A DNA stretch of 64,000 bases from Magallana gigas (lineage: Eukaryota). A program made the position numbers and the translations under genes. The notes under the pieces were generated by a model that was not told where the DNA came from, did not search any database, and saw nothing but the letters and a program-made list of their open reading frames with translations. Location of the stretch: positions 31,000,001 to 31,064,000 of the forward strand of contig NC_088858.1 of the NCBI RefSeq assembly GCF_963853765.1, in the 5' to 3' direction. Positions 1 through 13,505 of the stretch are shown one piece after another; positions within the stretch are counted from its first letter, which is position 1, and each line of letters begins with the position of its first letter.

Positions 1-1599
1 TCACCAGTCTAGATCTGCCGTCTACACCAGATCTAATTGTAATTCCTCCCCGATCTTGGCGTGAGATGGTGCTGGGAATTATGCATCAGCAGTAAAGGAT
101 AAAACAAACCAGTTATTCACTGGGATGTAGACAACATATAATTTCTTGGACCTTCAAACAGAAATATTGCCCTGTCTGTCTTTTGGTCCAACAAATCATA
201 TATACATGTATTGCCCTCATGTTGACTGAATGGTGCAGTAGCAAAGTAGTTGAATATCTACAAGAAGTTACGTCTGATTTCTAAGATGACAAATGCTTGC
301 AGATAAATTATTATCTTCATTTTCAATTCATTAATTAAAAATTAATTTGTTAGCTGCTTGTACAAAAACCTTAATTTGTATCATTATTGTTGTCAGAGAT
401 CAAAATGGAGCTACTGGAAATTTAAAATCGGAGCTAGGACTTTCGGTGGGAAGTAACCGTCTAGCTTGCTTATGAAAACAAGCTGTCAAAATTCATTATG
501 ACCCTCTTTCTTCTTCGCAAGGAGAAACTCGTCGATATTCACAGACTGTCGAAATCGGAATTTAAAACAATCTGCTCTGTTGAGTGAAACTGGCGCTGTT
601 TCAAATAAATATAAATCCCTGGTTTAGGTCGGACAAGTGGTATTGCGTTCCATGTATTCCTATTCTCGGGTGGGAAAAGAATGCCATTTTTTCTATTTTA
701 TTGAAACCCAACACTTTTCAATGACAATGACAATTTCAAGGAAAATTAATAAGTAACCCCATGACTGATTTATAAAATGTATGGATTGATAAACTCTGAA
801 TTTCACTTGCATTTCGTTGGCATCATATTTAAGTAGTTTCCAACCCCCTGTTCTTGAGATTTAATATTAACAATTCAAAGTAAGATTTTTCAGTTCGCAT
901 ATTGCAAAAGATATATAGTAGAGCTCTTAAAAATAACTTCTTGTTGTGATTGAATCATCACATTTTACACACAAGTTGTCAAAATACTATTTCAGTGTAT
1001 GTCAAAAAGTGCAAACTGAATCTACTAATAAAAAAAAATCTTCCAAATCTGACAAAAAATAACAAACCTTTTAAAAATAAGTCTTGTTTTCAATAAAATA
1101 TATAGAAAAAAAGAAAAACTGGTATAGACCCCGCCTTCGGTTCCAAAAAATGTCATGCTCGAGGGTCGGCAATGGGGATAATCTTCCATTGTCTCTAAAA
1201 TGCACCCTTGTGTACCCCTCTAATAGCCCAAAAAATAGGACAAAAAAGTCCCGCTCATAGCTTGCTCGTGTGACTTGCATAGAACTGATTCTATTGATAG
1301 GGGAAGAAGAGAAGGCGCCTGAAAACCATTGCTTTAGGTAGATGGGGCTCATCAGTCTGGGAGGACAGCTCATCTAAGAGAAGGAAAACTAACACTCCAA
1401 ACCTCCACTACCTTGCACCCATACCCACTTTAGAAAGTAGAATTGCTAGTTGAAGGAAATTATTGATTAACAAAATTAATGGGCGGATTGTGCTCAACAG
1501 CAGTCTAGGAAGGAAATTCCAAATCAAACCGCCTTTCCTCGAAGATGTTTGCGTAGGACCAACTACCCTACCTTTAAAAAAGCCAAGTCACAGAAGCAT

Positions 1600-3597
1600 C
1601 AAGGACGAACCAAAACAAACATAAACTTGACCAGAATGGGTCTATTTCAAGGGAACGACGATGCTGTACATGAAAGCTGAATTATATAATAGAAGTCACA
1701 AGACTGACTCACTTTCTGACAAATATCAGACTCGCTAATTGGAACGTCTAAACAACGTATAAAGCAGGAAGGACAGCACAAGTAGCAAAGGAGATGGAGC
1801 ATTACAACATTCGTCTCCTATGATTGAGTTGATGACGAAAAGAAAGACTCCTTTTACCAACAACACTTGATAAAGCAGGGAAGAAAGATATAACGAAACT
1901 CTGGGCGACTACAATGCGAAGACTGGAGCTGAAAACACAGACACAATGAAGTCATGGGTACACAAGGACGAGGATAAATGAACGAATACGGCGAGAGACT
2001 TGCATACATAAGCTTCCTTAATCATTGTGTAATAGTATAAATCATCTTTCCTCATAAACAGACCCACAAGGCCTCATGTAGATTCCATGAACATGTGAAA
2101 GAAAACTAAATTAACCATATTTGGATCAACAAATTTTGAGGAGCATAAAATGACGTCAGGTGATGAGAGGAGCAGACAGTTTTCGACCACAATCAACTGA
2201 TGACGGCAGTAAGGCTGGATGAGATATCAACGGAGGCCTTCAAAGCTGACACAGAGACATCTGTTAACATTTTAAACGGTCACTTTTGAGGGATCTGGGA
2301 GAGGAAGAAGAATCCAGAAGATTGGAAAGAAGGCATTCTTATTAAGCTGCTAAAGAGAGACTGCAATAACTACCGCGGGGAATTACTCTCCTGTCAGGGT
2401 CTGGCAAGGTCCTCATAGGAATTCTTCTCGAGAGAAGGAACGAGGCAGTGGACTCACAGCTGTAGGACCAGGAGACTGCTTTTAGATGCAACAAATCGTG
2501 TGCTGACCAGATAGTCAGTTTGCGTATCATCATCAAGCAATCACTGGAATGGAAGCCGAAGAGTCATTTTGGAAGATACTGAGCCACTATGAAGTACCAG
2601 AGAGACTCGTATCACTGGTCCACAACACCTACCAAGGCAGACCTACAGGGTTGCCCATGCTGGCCAAACGTCCGATTGCTTGGAGGTTACACAGGGGCTC
2701 GACAAGGATGTTTACTGTCGCCATACCTCTTCCTCTTGGTTATTGAATGAATCATTAGGACTACCACATCAAGTAGGTACAATGGTATTACCGTGGACAC
2801 CTGTGACGTAACTCAACGACCTAGACTTTGCTGATGCCCTGGCTCTCCATTCACATAACCACAGCAAGATACAGGGCAAAACAACTCACCTAGTCTAACG
2901 ACACCATCAGTAGGAACAGGCCTAGGACTCAAGATCAAATTTAAAACTACAACTGATGAAGATGAATACTGCTGACAAAATACCGGTCATAATAAGTGAT
3001 GAGCCCATCAGAGAAGTTGAATCTTCCATCTACCTGACCATGGCGGTGTGGTGAAAAGAAGAGGGTGATACAGACCGTGACATCAAATGATGAATCGGTA
3101 TAGCTAAGGACTGCATTAACCATGCTGGACTGTAGGAAGATCCGCACTACTCCCAAACTACGGACACTGTAAAAACTTCAATATGAAGTAAGTCGTATTG
3201 GTAGGAGCAGAGACACAGTTATTGACAAAAAAAACCTCTCCAGAGGATTAAAATATTGTACAACACCTATATCTCAGACGTATTTTCAACATCCGATGGC
3301 CTGGAAGGATCACGAATAAAGCAGGATAGGATCCAAACGGACATACAAATTAGACGGACGAAGTGAGACTGCATTGAACAAATCCTAAGGAAGTCAACAT
3401 CCAGCACCACACGCCAAGCCCTGTACTGGAGAAAAGGAGAAGAGAAAAAGGAGGAGAAACACATGTAGGCGGGACACAGAGGTAAAGTTGAAGACACAGA
3501 ACAGACCTTAAACGACACAGCCCAGAACCGAGTCCGTACGAGGACTGTACATCGATGACCTTTATCCCTCACGGAACGACAGGCCTAAGTAAGTAAG
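1600..3597 (+). mobile_element. Degenerate, internally deleted RTE-clade non-LTR retrotransposon (APE endonuclease + RT remnants)
   Basis: Broken frames read as WNV*TTYKAGRTAQVAKEMEHYNI (~1740), LGDYNAK (~1900), EDWKEGILIKL and NNYRGITLLS...ADQIVSLRIIIKQSLEW (2310-2550), and LNDLDFADALAL (~2815, RT [Y/F]ADD motif). Ends in a (TAAG)n tail at ~3586-3597. Many stops and frameshifts; 5' boundary approximate. Confidence 0.85.
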
Positions 3598-6500
3598 ATC
3601 CCGCCTTTATCAAGTCAAAGTTTGCTTTCCAAGTCCAAGCTCTTGTTACAACAGTTCTATCATACTAGTAATATCATTTCGAAATGCATATATATTTTTA
3701 ATATTTGTTCAGAATAATCTTTGATAAAAGTTTGTGAAAAAGTATATTTTTAACTCACTTTCATACAACAGTACTTTCAAACACTACGCATATATACATG
3801 TAGCAATAGTTTGCGCAATGTTTACGGAACCTGAACGACTTGAGAGAAAATGAATTTCGATCTGATGTCTAATATTCTTCATAGCGATTTGTTTCATCAA
3901 ATTATAATTGCTTTCTCGGCTGAGATTCGACTTTGCTTGCTATCTGGATTGACATCATCAACATATTGTTCATCTTTACATTGATTGGAAGTGATAAAGT
4001 TTTGATTCTTTTTTTAGTATACCGGTATAATGCAACAAAGGGAAAAAAGGCATTTGAAAAAATACAATGTAATTTTGCTTGGCAATTCTATGGGGATATC
4101 AATTGACCAAACCGTATTTATATCCTCATAAAACTCAAAGAATAATTCCTTAATTAAAGGCCTGTGATTTTTTCTACAACTTCATTTTTCATTTAAATAA
4201 TTATCATCTTTTGAATTGGTCGTTTCTGTTTGTTTTGAGCATACATGTATTTTAATGATCAAATGAATAGAACAAGAATCTAGGAATATAATTATTTTGC
4301 CTTAAATTTTGATTTTGGGTCTGATTAATGTACATAAATCATGTAATACTTTGTCTTTTAATTGTTTGCTTTGTTATATACAGTGAATTTAGTTAGTATG
4401 TGTGAATTTCTATTTTCTGCTGTCTATGTGTAGCACTCGAGATACTATTTTGTCTTGTTTCTTAGTCAATTGGAAAATATGCATTATGGTAGTACTGAGC
4501 ATGTACGTACGTACATATTCTTTAATCAGAGCAAATTTGAAGGTTGATTTTCTCAAATCTTGACTTAAATTTTGTTCATATAATGCGTAATGATCGTCCT
4601 GATTAAAAGACAAGCCCGAATCAGCGTGTTTGTATTCAATAATTTGTTATAAAATGATCTCATATGTGTTTTGGAGACAAGTTATAACAAGGACAACTTA
4701 GCGGCATACCAACCAATGATTTTTAACTCGTGTAACTTCAACCGTATCTGGTTACATTTCTGCAATAGAGACAGATGAAATATAAGAAACTCAAGGGATA
4801 TATGAAAAATTCCTCAAACAGAGATACATGATTGGTATAATACATAAAAAATGATTAGCACATTAACCTAGATACTTACTGTGAGGGATTACATGTACCA
4901 TGATCTCGGGGGTAGTCACTTCTTGAACATTTGAACTCGTATTCGCAGCAAACTTGAGCTAACAACAACACGGTGCGACCGTTAGGGGGAGCAGGACCTA
5001 CCCATATATTGCATCAATGTCCAGTATGTGATTTGTTTTTTTGGAAATAATCAATAAACATCAGATAATTTTTTGTGAGAGGGAGAAAAATATATATATG
5101 TAAGTAACCATAAAACAGTCCTCTATTTTGTCTGTAATATGTAATTTGTCTGTAATTTGATCAAATCTATAAATGATTTTTTTTTGTTTCTTGTTGTGAT
5201 CTGATTTTTGATAGTTTTTCTCCTGATTCATGAAGTTTGTCTTTTACATTGTTTATTTTTGCATACTTAATATATATATTGTGTGTAATTTCCTATTTTC
5301 CAAGGACTTAGGGTGCTAAAAGACATAAAGAAATGCTGCCAAAAACTTTTTCTTCATGAATCTGTAGGTTTAGCTCGTTCTTTTTCCCGCACACTGGTTC
5401 TTAGAGCTCGCTATAATTATTTTTATGAGGTTTCTACTTCACTGTCTTTTAAAACGATGATTCGACAGTTTTAATTTCAAGGCATAACAACCATCTGCAA
5501 ACAACAATTACTTATTGAATTATAAAGTCAATTGGAAGAATGAGATGACTTTCTGTACATGTATGGCCACCCTTATTAGTCCTTTGTCGTATGTCAGTTG
5601 TCGTGCATAAACTTTTCAACATATTCTACTTCATATCATAAATGTGTGTACCAAGTGTAGGCAGGAACATAAATTCCGGGTGTAAGGAAGGGGCCCTGTT
5701 TGTCAAATGGTAAAAAAAATAAGTGTATTCACCATTTAAAATATTGAATACTACAGAACTGAGTATCTTGCATTCAAACTACAGGTTGTATAAGAACATG
5801 TGTATACGACTATAAGTACTTTAAGTGCCTTTGCAAAATTTCAGACCCAAAGGTGTTCGGAACTCTTGTGTTTAGGCAGAGTGCTATTTTGATAGACATG
5901 TATAATGACTTTATACATTTTGTCTAGAAAACTTTGTACATGCTACCGAAGATAAAGAAGACAATATAAACTCATAGGCACATGTATAATGATGCAAGAG
6001 GCCTCTTTAAAAAAATTGATATGTATTGCTCCTGTTTTAAGAGTTTTTGAGCCTGCAGTTTGTAGATGAAAAACAAATCTTCAGATGCCCAACACGAGCC
6101 GCCTTTAAGTTACATTTTCTTCCCGATGAACCACGTTTCCATTAAAAAATGGTTACAATTCCGCAAAAATTGCCAAGTTGTCATACTTGTAGGCGTTCGA
6201 CTAGGAACTTGCATAAAAGGTAGTTTGTTTGAGCCCCTCTGTGGTTACTTGACGTTGTGTGTTGTGTACTTGAGACAGGACACTTTATCTGTGTTGTCTC
6301 AGTCCACCAAGCTGCAATTATTGTGACCGGATTTACAGTTTCTCAAGTGAACTCAATGGTCATGGCCATTTTTAGACTGTAATGATCTCTTTTAAAAGAA
6401 GAGCTCCATCAAATTATTGAAAATACCCAATTTAAAAGGTAAAGTAATGGATTTTTTCTTATTTTGGTTATAGTTTATAGCTTTACAATTCATATCTTAA

Positions 6501-7642
6501 AGTTTTAGGAAGATGAAAAATTTGTTGACCTGTAGCCTCCTTAAAGGCTGAATTATACATGTTCTAACGGTACATAACCAATAAGGTCAATGGGTCTTTT
6601 GTCTTGTTCTTGGAAGTCGAACGCTTTGCATCATTCATGACTCACTGACTCATTTCATAATACCTTAATATAACCATTTCTATAGAATACCTAGTACAAG
6701 GAGAATAACTCTAGCAGCGTACGGAATTAAGTTATTTTGATTTATCAATTAAGGAACTATCAAAGAACGTAAAATGATGTTTATTTTTTTTATACAAACA
6801 GTTATAAGAGCAAAAAAGAAGGTCTGAAGTTTTGTTTAAGTTTATTTCAAAAGGAATGGTATGTTTCTTCAGCTAAGAAAAGTTCTGTCTTATGTTTCCA
6901 TCAATTTTATAAGCATCAATCTTCAAATTTATCTAATCGAAAAAATTAAATGCTTCCTGAATATACCAAATATAATTAATTATGCTACTACAATTTATTA
7001 AGTTCCATAAATCCAAAGGAACCTTTGATATTTATACTTATTCCATTGTGTTACTTGCAACCAAACCATATTTTCCACTTTCACATAAAAAAAAAACCGA
7101 AAAATCTTAAAGGAATCATGGTTTCGAAAATTATCTCTAATTAGGGAATATGAATGGTCGTTTACTTTATCAAATCACAACAACAGGTTTTTAATTTGAT
7201 ACTACAACGAGATCCATGCATATCATTGATGAGAAGGTGATTGTTTCCTATGGGGTGATGCACCTTACAGCAGTGTACTTGCGTCAACGGTTTCAAGTCT
7301 TGGCCGTACTCTCGAATAGAAAGAGGAGAACTTAAATTCCATCTCGGGTTCGAATCATCAATCGGACAAAAGTCAACTAAAGCACTCCCAAAATCACTCA
7401 ACACAGAAATAGGTTACATGATTTATATAAAGTGCATGCAGTTGATTTCAGTGCTTCGTAACAAAAAACTGTAACAAAACAGTCCGTCAGTAATATGATA
7501 CCTTTCTATTCCCCCTTCTGTTTTTCACTAACCGGATTTTTTAAATGTTTCAAATGAAGAAAATAATTTTGTCACTTGGAGCTTGGACACGGGTCGCCTG
7601 GTTTTCAATAAACCTTTGATTCGAATTTCATCTATTGGGTGC

Positions 7643-9190
7643 TCATGGTTTACAAATGTAGTGGTTTAGAGTCTGTACTTTGTCCTTGATGAACTGTCTG
7701 AAGCCAGGTATTGTTACGACGTAAACAAGAGGATTAAACACCGAGTGTAGAATGGCGATACCAAACAAAGTAGAGCGAATAACGGCACTGACTTGTCCGT
7801 CGAAAAATCCCTCCACGAGAAGGCAGAAGTAATAGGGACAGTTCAAAACAACATGTAATAAAACAATTATAGACACCGTCTTTAGTGACTTCAGATTTCG
7901 ATTTCTTATTGTGTAGATAAAATTGTTCGATGTTTTAAATCTCTCGTTGTTAGATGAATCTACTTCCAGGCGTTTGATATCAACTGAGTTATCGCTCTTG
8001 ACGCCTGAAGAATGGCTTCCATTCTGTGCTTTGATTGATGATTTCGTATTCGATTCCTCCCGAGATTGCTCTTTCCCTTTTTTCAGCGATTTCTCTGATT
8101 TCTCAGATGTCTTTACTGGGAAAACACAGATGGGTTTAAAATCGGGCCCGTCTAAGTTATTCGTGTTTGATTTCACTTTCTTAGTCGTTGTATTTGGTTG
8201 TTGAAAATACTCATTTGAAGGGCCAAAGTCAGTTTGAAATTTAATATCACCATTTTGTCCATGATGAACACATAGACTTCTACCCGGTAGTTGGTTGTGC
8301 TTGTCATCGCCTTCGCCTGTTACAACTTCAGTATCATTTTTGGAAATAGCCATTTCTCGAATGGTCACCAGACTGCTGTTGGAGACATTGTAGTTGCATG
8401 CTTCTGTATTTGATCTGGTTGTTACACTAGGTGGCTTAACATCGATGTTGGGCCCTGGATGAACTCTTCTTACTAACCGATGTGGTGCATACAGCTTAAA
8501 CCCAACAACGATGTACATAGCAATCAAGACGAAATCACAACTCAACAGTATCATGCTGTGGATTTTGAAGTACAATTTGTAATTTTCTTTGAAGATATTG
8601 TTCACATTACATAAGATAGACGAAGAGTCTTTTCTTACAAGCACCAGAAAGGATACAGATGTGGTCAATAATGCAAGAAACCAAGTGAAAATGATGACCA
8701 AAATTGCATTTCTGAGTTCAAATTTGAACACAGTGAGGCTGTTTTTATTGATCGCATAGTATCGTAGACACCCAATGATGAGAACATGGAACGTGGAGGC
8801 AAGCACACAAGTCATATATCCTGCCAGAGCCACGGTACATGAGTCGTAACTTACGGTATAATCGTTGGCCATGTACGAAATCAACGGCCGAATAGACACC
8901 CCTGTGAGAAAATCTGTGAAAGATAGACTTATGGTGGTCAAATTGTAGCCACTTTTCCTGAGGCGCTTGCTGAATAGAGCAACAAAGAAGACAAATCCAT
9001 TGAGGAAAATGGCCATACACGTCACTATTCCTGTTGTTACTTTCCCAACTAGATTCAAATCTGCGCTACTGCAGCACTCAATCAGGGTCGAGTTGTTCGT
9101 CATCTTTAGGTCATGTTCGATGTGAGTTCTACAATGAATAAACATTTCTATGATATACAGTTTTAAAAGGATTGTCTCTACATTCAACAT
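7643..9190 (-). CDS. Intronless class A (rhodopsin-like) orphan GPCR with long third intracellular loop
   Basis: 515-aa ORF with seven hydrophobic segments: TM2 LSFTD, C3.25, TM3 end GCLRYY, TM4 W, TM6 LNCPY, TM7 NPLVY. N-terminal MTNNST sequons suggest the ATG at 9103 may be the real start (alternatives 9145, 9190). Confidence 0.93.
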   Translation of the reverse strand: MLNVETILLKLYIIEMFIHCRTHIEHDLKMTNNSTLIECCSSADLNLVGKVTTGIVTCMAIFLNGFVFFVALFSKRLRKSGYNLTTISLSFTDFLTGVSIRPLISYMANDYTVSYDSCTVALAGYMTCVLASTFHVLIIGCLRYYAINKNSLTVFKFELRNAILVIIFTWFLALLTTSVSFLVLVRKDSSSILCNVNNIFKENYKLYFKIHSMILLSCDFVLIAMYIVVGFKLYAPHRLVRRVHPGPNIDVKPPSVTTRSNTEACNYNVSNSSLVTIREMAISKNDTEVVTGEGDDKHNQLPGRSLCVHHGQNGDIKFQTDFGPSNEYFQQPNTTTKKVKSNTNNLDGPDFKPICVFPVKTSEKSEKSLKKGKEQSREESNTKSSIKAQNGSHSSGVKSDNSVDIKRLEVDSSNNERFKTSNNFIYTIRNRNLKSLKTVSIIVLLHVVLNCPYYFCLLVEGFFDGQVSAVIRSTLFGIAILHSVFNPLVYVVTIPGFRQFIKDKVQTLNHYICKP

Positions 9191-10960
9191 TTTTGTGAAT
9201 ATGACTTTTTAGATTTAGGTCACCAAAACAACAGGAAGTGATAAGTTCTCATATGAGCCCAACCCCTGGGTAAACAACGTCCTGATATAAAAAAAAATCA
9301 TCGCATGAAATTATCCTTCTCATTTAACAATATATTGACTAAGTAATCAAAGATAACTGTGCATTCTCACCCTTTGTATAAACAACCAAAACACACGGTT
9401 ACGTAGTTTATTATTTTTCTCAAAATACGTATCTCTGTATTTCTACATATTTATGGTTTTACCAAAAACACCAAAATATCGAATGATATTCGATACGAAT
9501 ACCAGTCAGTACTGTCGACGTATAAATACTGTTAATAATAGCCGTTGTAAGTTCTTTGATTTCTATCATAATGTAACTTGTACAAAGTTCGAGACGATTG
9601 TAAACGAAGGGGTTTAAACATGTTATAATGCTGGGTAAAAGATCAAAATAATGGAAATATCAGTTCATGCCGTCTTGAGTAACTATACGAATCGGTACAA
9701 TTTTCATATTCATGATGGTAAATCAAATCAGCATTACAAAGCTGTAACCAAAAAAAACTTCTTGGTGTATCAACATTATAAAGTTTATATCATTATTTTA
9801 TGTTACGAAAAAATTATTTATCATGGGAGAAATCGATATGTCGAACAGTGTTTTTGTTACTATAATAATAGTGTGCCCCTAAAAAAATGGCTGACACGCA
9901 AGCAATACCACACCGGTAAGATTGGTACATTCGGAGTGGTGGCTGTGCATAGCATCAGGTGGTAGTCCCGTTACGAAGAAAACACCACGAAAGTAAGGAA
10001 ACTTGACAATTTTTATATGTATAGGCAGGTTAGAACCAAAATTTAAATTTACGGAATGAAGCAAACAACAAGCTGCTACCTCCGACTGTTAAAAGTTGTG
10101 TCTAGTAAGGTGTTCTGATTTATCAAACTTGCCTTCTCACCTTTATGGGAAACAAAATTATTCATCAAAAACGACACTCAGACAGTTACATTTGTAATAT
10201 CTCAATTGATTATAAAGTAATGCTGTAAATAATTGGCGTCATTTGTAAATCCTCAATCAGTATATCTGTTGATGCAGGTTTGTAGCTCCCGGTCTGAATA
10301 AAAAATCGATTGGACGAGCTGTGCGATACGTAATACATTTCCTTTTGGCAATTGCAATTTACTACTGATATAGTCTTTTTTATTTGCCTCAGACTATCTT
10401 TAAGACTCTAACCGAGCTTGGAAATGAAAAATGTTAAAATCAAGTCGCCATTTTCACATGTTAACAAACAAACTACGTTACTTCACTTTACGGGGCTTGT
10501 GACGGTGTTTAAAAAATATCAAAGGCAAGTAAAGTGATGATATCTGTAGTAAAATTTCTGTTGATTTTTGAAATCAATTATTTGTGTAGAAAATTGTTTT
10601 AAAATAAGATAACCAAAAAAGCCGAATTTTTTAACACGTACGAGCTACAGTAATCCATCCGCATTTTTAAGACCAGAAGCTAAAGACCTGCAGCTATATA
10701 TTTTTCTAAAGAAGTACATGTACATGTAAATTAGGCTCCAAAAGCAACACACTTACTCGAAATATATGTTCAAAACTGAAATGTATAAAATATCACGAAA
10801 AATGAAATGTTTTTACTGAGGGTGACTTTCTTATACCATGGGAATTATGAAAAATTATAGTTTGTGATTTTCAGGAGGATTTAAGGATTTAAGATTTCCT
10901 TAAACGGTAATGCAAATATTTACAGCGGCTTTAATTTGACTATGTGCAACAACTGAAAAG

Positions 10961-10962
<2 letters not shown>

Positions 10963-11016
<54 letters not shown>
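10963..11016. repeat. (CT)n microsatellite
   Basis: Direct reading of the sequence. Confidence 0.95.
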
Positions 11017-11020
<4 letters not shown>

Positions 11021-11365
11021 GGGATTTCTTCAAGCCTTTGTTGACAAGGATGCATAATTTACAAAGCTTCACCTCTAATTACTCTACAATTAGAACATCG
11101 GTCTATCCAAAGCTGGCAATGGAATAATCTGTCTTTTGGAAGAAACCATGCGTCTTCAATGTGTTTTCATCAAAAGAATGCATTAGTTTTTTATAGATAT
11201 TTCAACAGTTCAAATTCTATTTGTGCTCAAATATGCACTTCCAAAGATTAAAAGAAACCTGATGGCATTTAAGCAGCACTTAAGAATTGGCTTGACGTGT
11301 TTGACACTAAATGTGAGATCTAAATTCGAACCAATACAGCTTCTAGATAGTTGTATAACCCGATG

Positions 11366-11368
<3 letters not shown>

Positions 11369-11446
<78 letters not shown>
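11369..11446. repeat. (TA)n microsatellite
   Basis: Direct reading of the sequence. Confidence 0.95.
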
Positions 11447-11447
<1 letters not shown>

Positions 11448-12854
11448 TTGTTGTCAAAGCGTCGGTTTTCTCCTCTTTCCTATGATAATGTCCGAAGAGG
11501 TAAAAATTTCCTGAAGCATTATTTCAAAAAAAAAAAAGGGGGAAACGTCCAAGTAGGTAATTAGCATCAACTCTTTTGATCTCTTTTATGAATACCTTAG
11601 TTATACAAAACATTTAATACCAACCCCAACATTTCTTTTACGTGTAAATTGTCAGAAAAGTATGCTCCTGATAACCTTCCATGCTCAAAGGCAAAATTGC
11701 AATCCACTTTGCTGCTCAATACAAATTATTATATAGTACACAAATATATACGTAGTTAAACTTATACAGATGTTGAAAGACCTTGGGTCACGGTGACCGT
11801 CTATCTGATTGTAATGGAACAAAAACGGTCTTCAGTCTCATACCCGGTGGACTATCTACATTTGTGATTTGTAATACCTCTCAATGGTGTCAAAAACACT
11901 CATTAAATCGATCTAATTTCGCATACTATTTTTGATTACACACCTATATTCCACTACCCGCTTAAGGACTCCTTAACGAGAGCTCTATTAATTGTTATTT
12001 TCACAATACAGTTGAGTGTATAAAAAGCTTTTGCGTGGCTAATTCATTCTACTCAGCAGTCAGTGTTACTGATATGAATAATCGAAACTTACAGCTTAAG
12101 TAACTTGTTGACTTATTGTAATATGACCGCGGGTTTTCAGCAGGATTGAAGCAGTTCATGAAAACAACTTGAAATATTCACTTACAAATGAAGGCAGGAG
12201 TTAAAGACAGAAAAATGCATGTTGATTTCCAAGACGCTAAACTTTATAGTCAAAAATGGAATAGACAGGATACGCCAAATTACTTTTGCTACAAACTACC
12301 CAAATTAAGACCATGATTCTCTCAGACAAAATGGTATGAGCCATCCTACTGCATATAACAATTAATTTGCCAGTAACAAATTGGAAAGGATGAAAAATTA
12401 TGAAGGCGATGGGTATAAAGTAGTATTCCTTGTACATGTATATTGCCAATTACTAGATCTCGTGTGAAAATCATATTCAGATGATAATTGATATCATTTT
12501 GATTAAAGGTTTTCACGGTCTAACCTCAAACATGCAATCTGATTTGATGTACAGAATCATTGCAATGGAGTGACAAAAATCAGGTACAGTAATAACCGCT
12601 GCACTCGTGATGGCGACTATGTGGGTGCAGTCCAGAGGCGAGAAAAAACACAAAAAAGAAAGGAAAATCTGATTTTTATTTAAATATGCATTGACAGGTT
12701 AAAAGCAAATATTGAATTTTACAAAATAAAGCAAACACTCCTACCTTCTACCGTTTAGTGTTCTGATTTCTCAAACACTCTACCTCTTTCGGGGGATCTA
12801 AGATTTTTATTTAAAATGGCCAATATTATGACGTGTAAAAAGTTGTTTATTCGA

Positions 12855-13125
12855 AAATCTTATGATGTACATTCAGAAATCTTGTGATGTATGTTCAAAA
12901 TTGGGAGGTGTATTTTAAAATTATTGTCTTGTGAAGCATGTTAAATATCTTGTAATGTATATTCAATAATCTTGGTGATGTATATTATGTTCAATATCTT
13001 GTGAAGAAGACTTTGGGATGTATGTTCAAAATCTTGTAATGTCTATTGTATAATCTTGTGATGTATGTTCAATAAATTGTGATGTATGTTCATTGAATGT
13101 TCAATAAATTTTGATGTATAATCAA
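12855..13125. repeat. Degenerate ~20-bp minisatellite (consensus AATCTTGTGATGTATGTTCA)
   Basis: About a dozen imperfect tandem copies. Confidence 0.8.
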
Positions 13126-13199
13126 AGTTTTGTAATTTATATTTACAAGATTATTGAACATAATTCATTAAATTATTGAACACATATTTTTGCTTTTCA

Positions 13200-13505
13200 A
13201 CTTAATGACGTTGGAGTTTAACAATGGTTTTCAATTTCGATATCAAATTCAACTGTTATCGTGCCAAACAGGCACTATTTATTTTATTATATTGAATGTC
13301 TTAATTTTAAAGAAAACTATACTGCTTTTATATAGGAATGACTTGAATTTTACGCGGACTGTGCGCGCATAGTTTCCGCGCATGTACATGTTACTATTCG
13401 TTGTGTTACCCGTTTCCAATTGTGTAACTAACGCTTCGGGTAAAAGAACGGAATATAAACTGCGTTTGATTCAATCAGATTTCAATTTTTAATTTAAAAG
13501 TATAG
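13200..13505 (+). mobile_element. Truncated copy of an interspersed non-autonomous repeat (sister copy at 39895-40252)
   Basis: Alignable by eye from caactgttatc..ccaaacaggcactat through aatcagatttca..aaagtata in both places. Confidence 0.7.

Noticed and set aside
480-560. Minus-strand VNIDEFLLAKKK resembling the CaM IDFxEFLxMMAKK segment
   Set aside because: It needs two deletions to align, has no flanking EF-hand sequence and stops a few codons later; most likely chance.
7923-9020. ORFs 7923-8204 (+) and 8745-9020 (-)
   Set aside because: Shadow frames of the GPCR coding sequence.
7643-9190. Calling the GPCR a biogenic-amine receptor because of its long ICL3
   Set aside because: Position 3.32 is Tyr, not the Asp required for amine binding.
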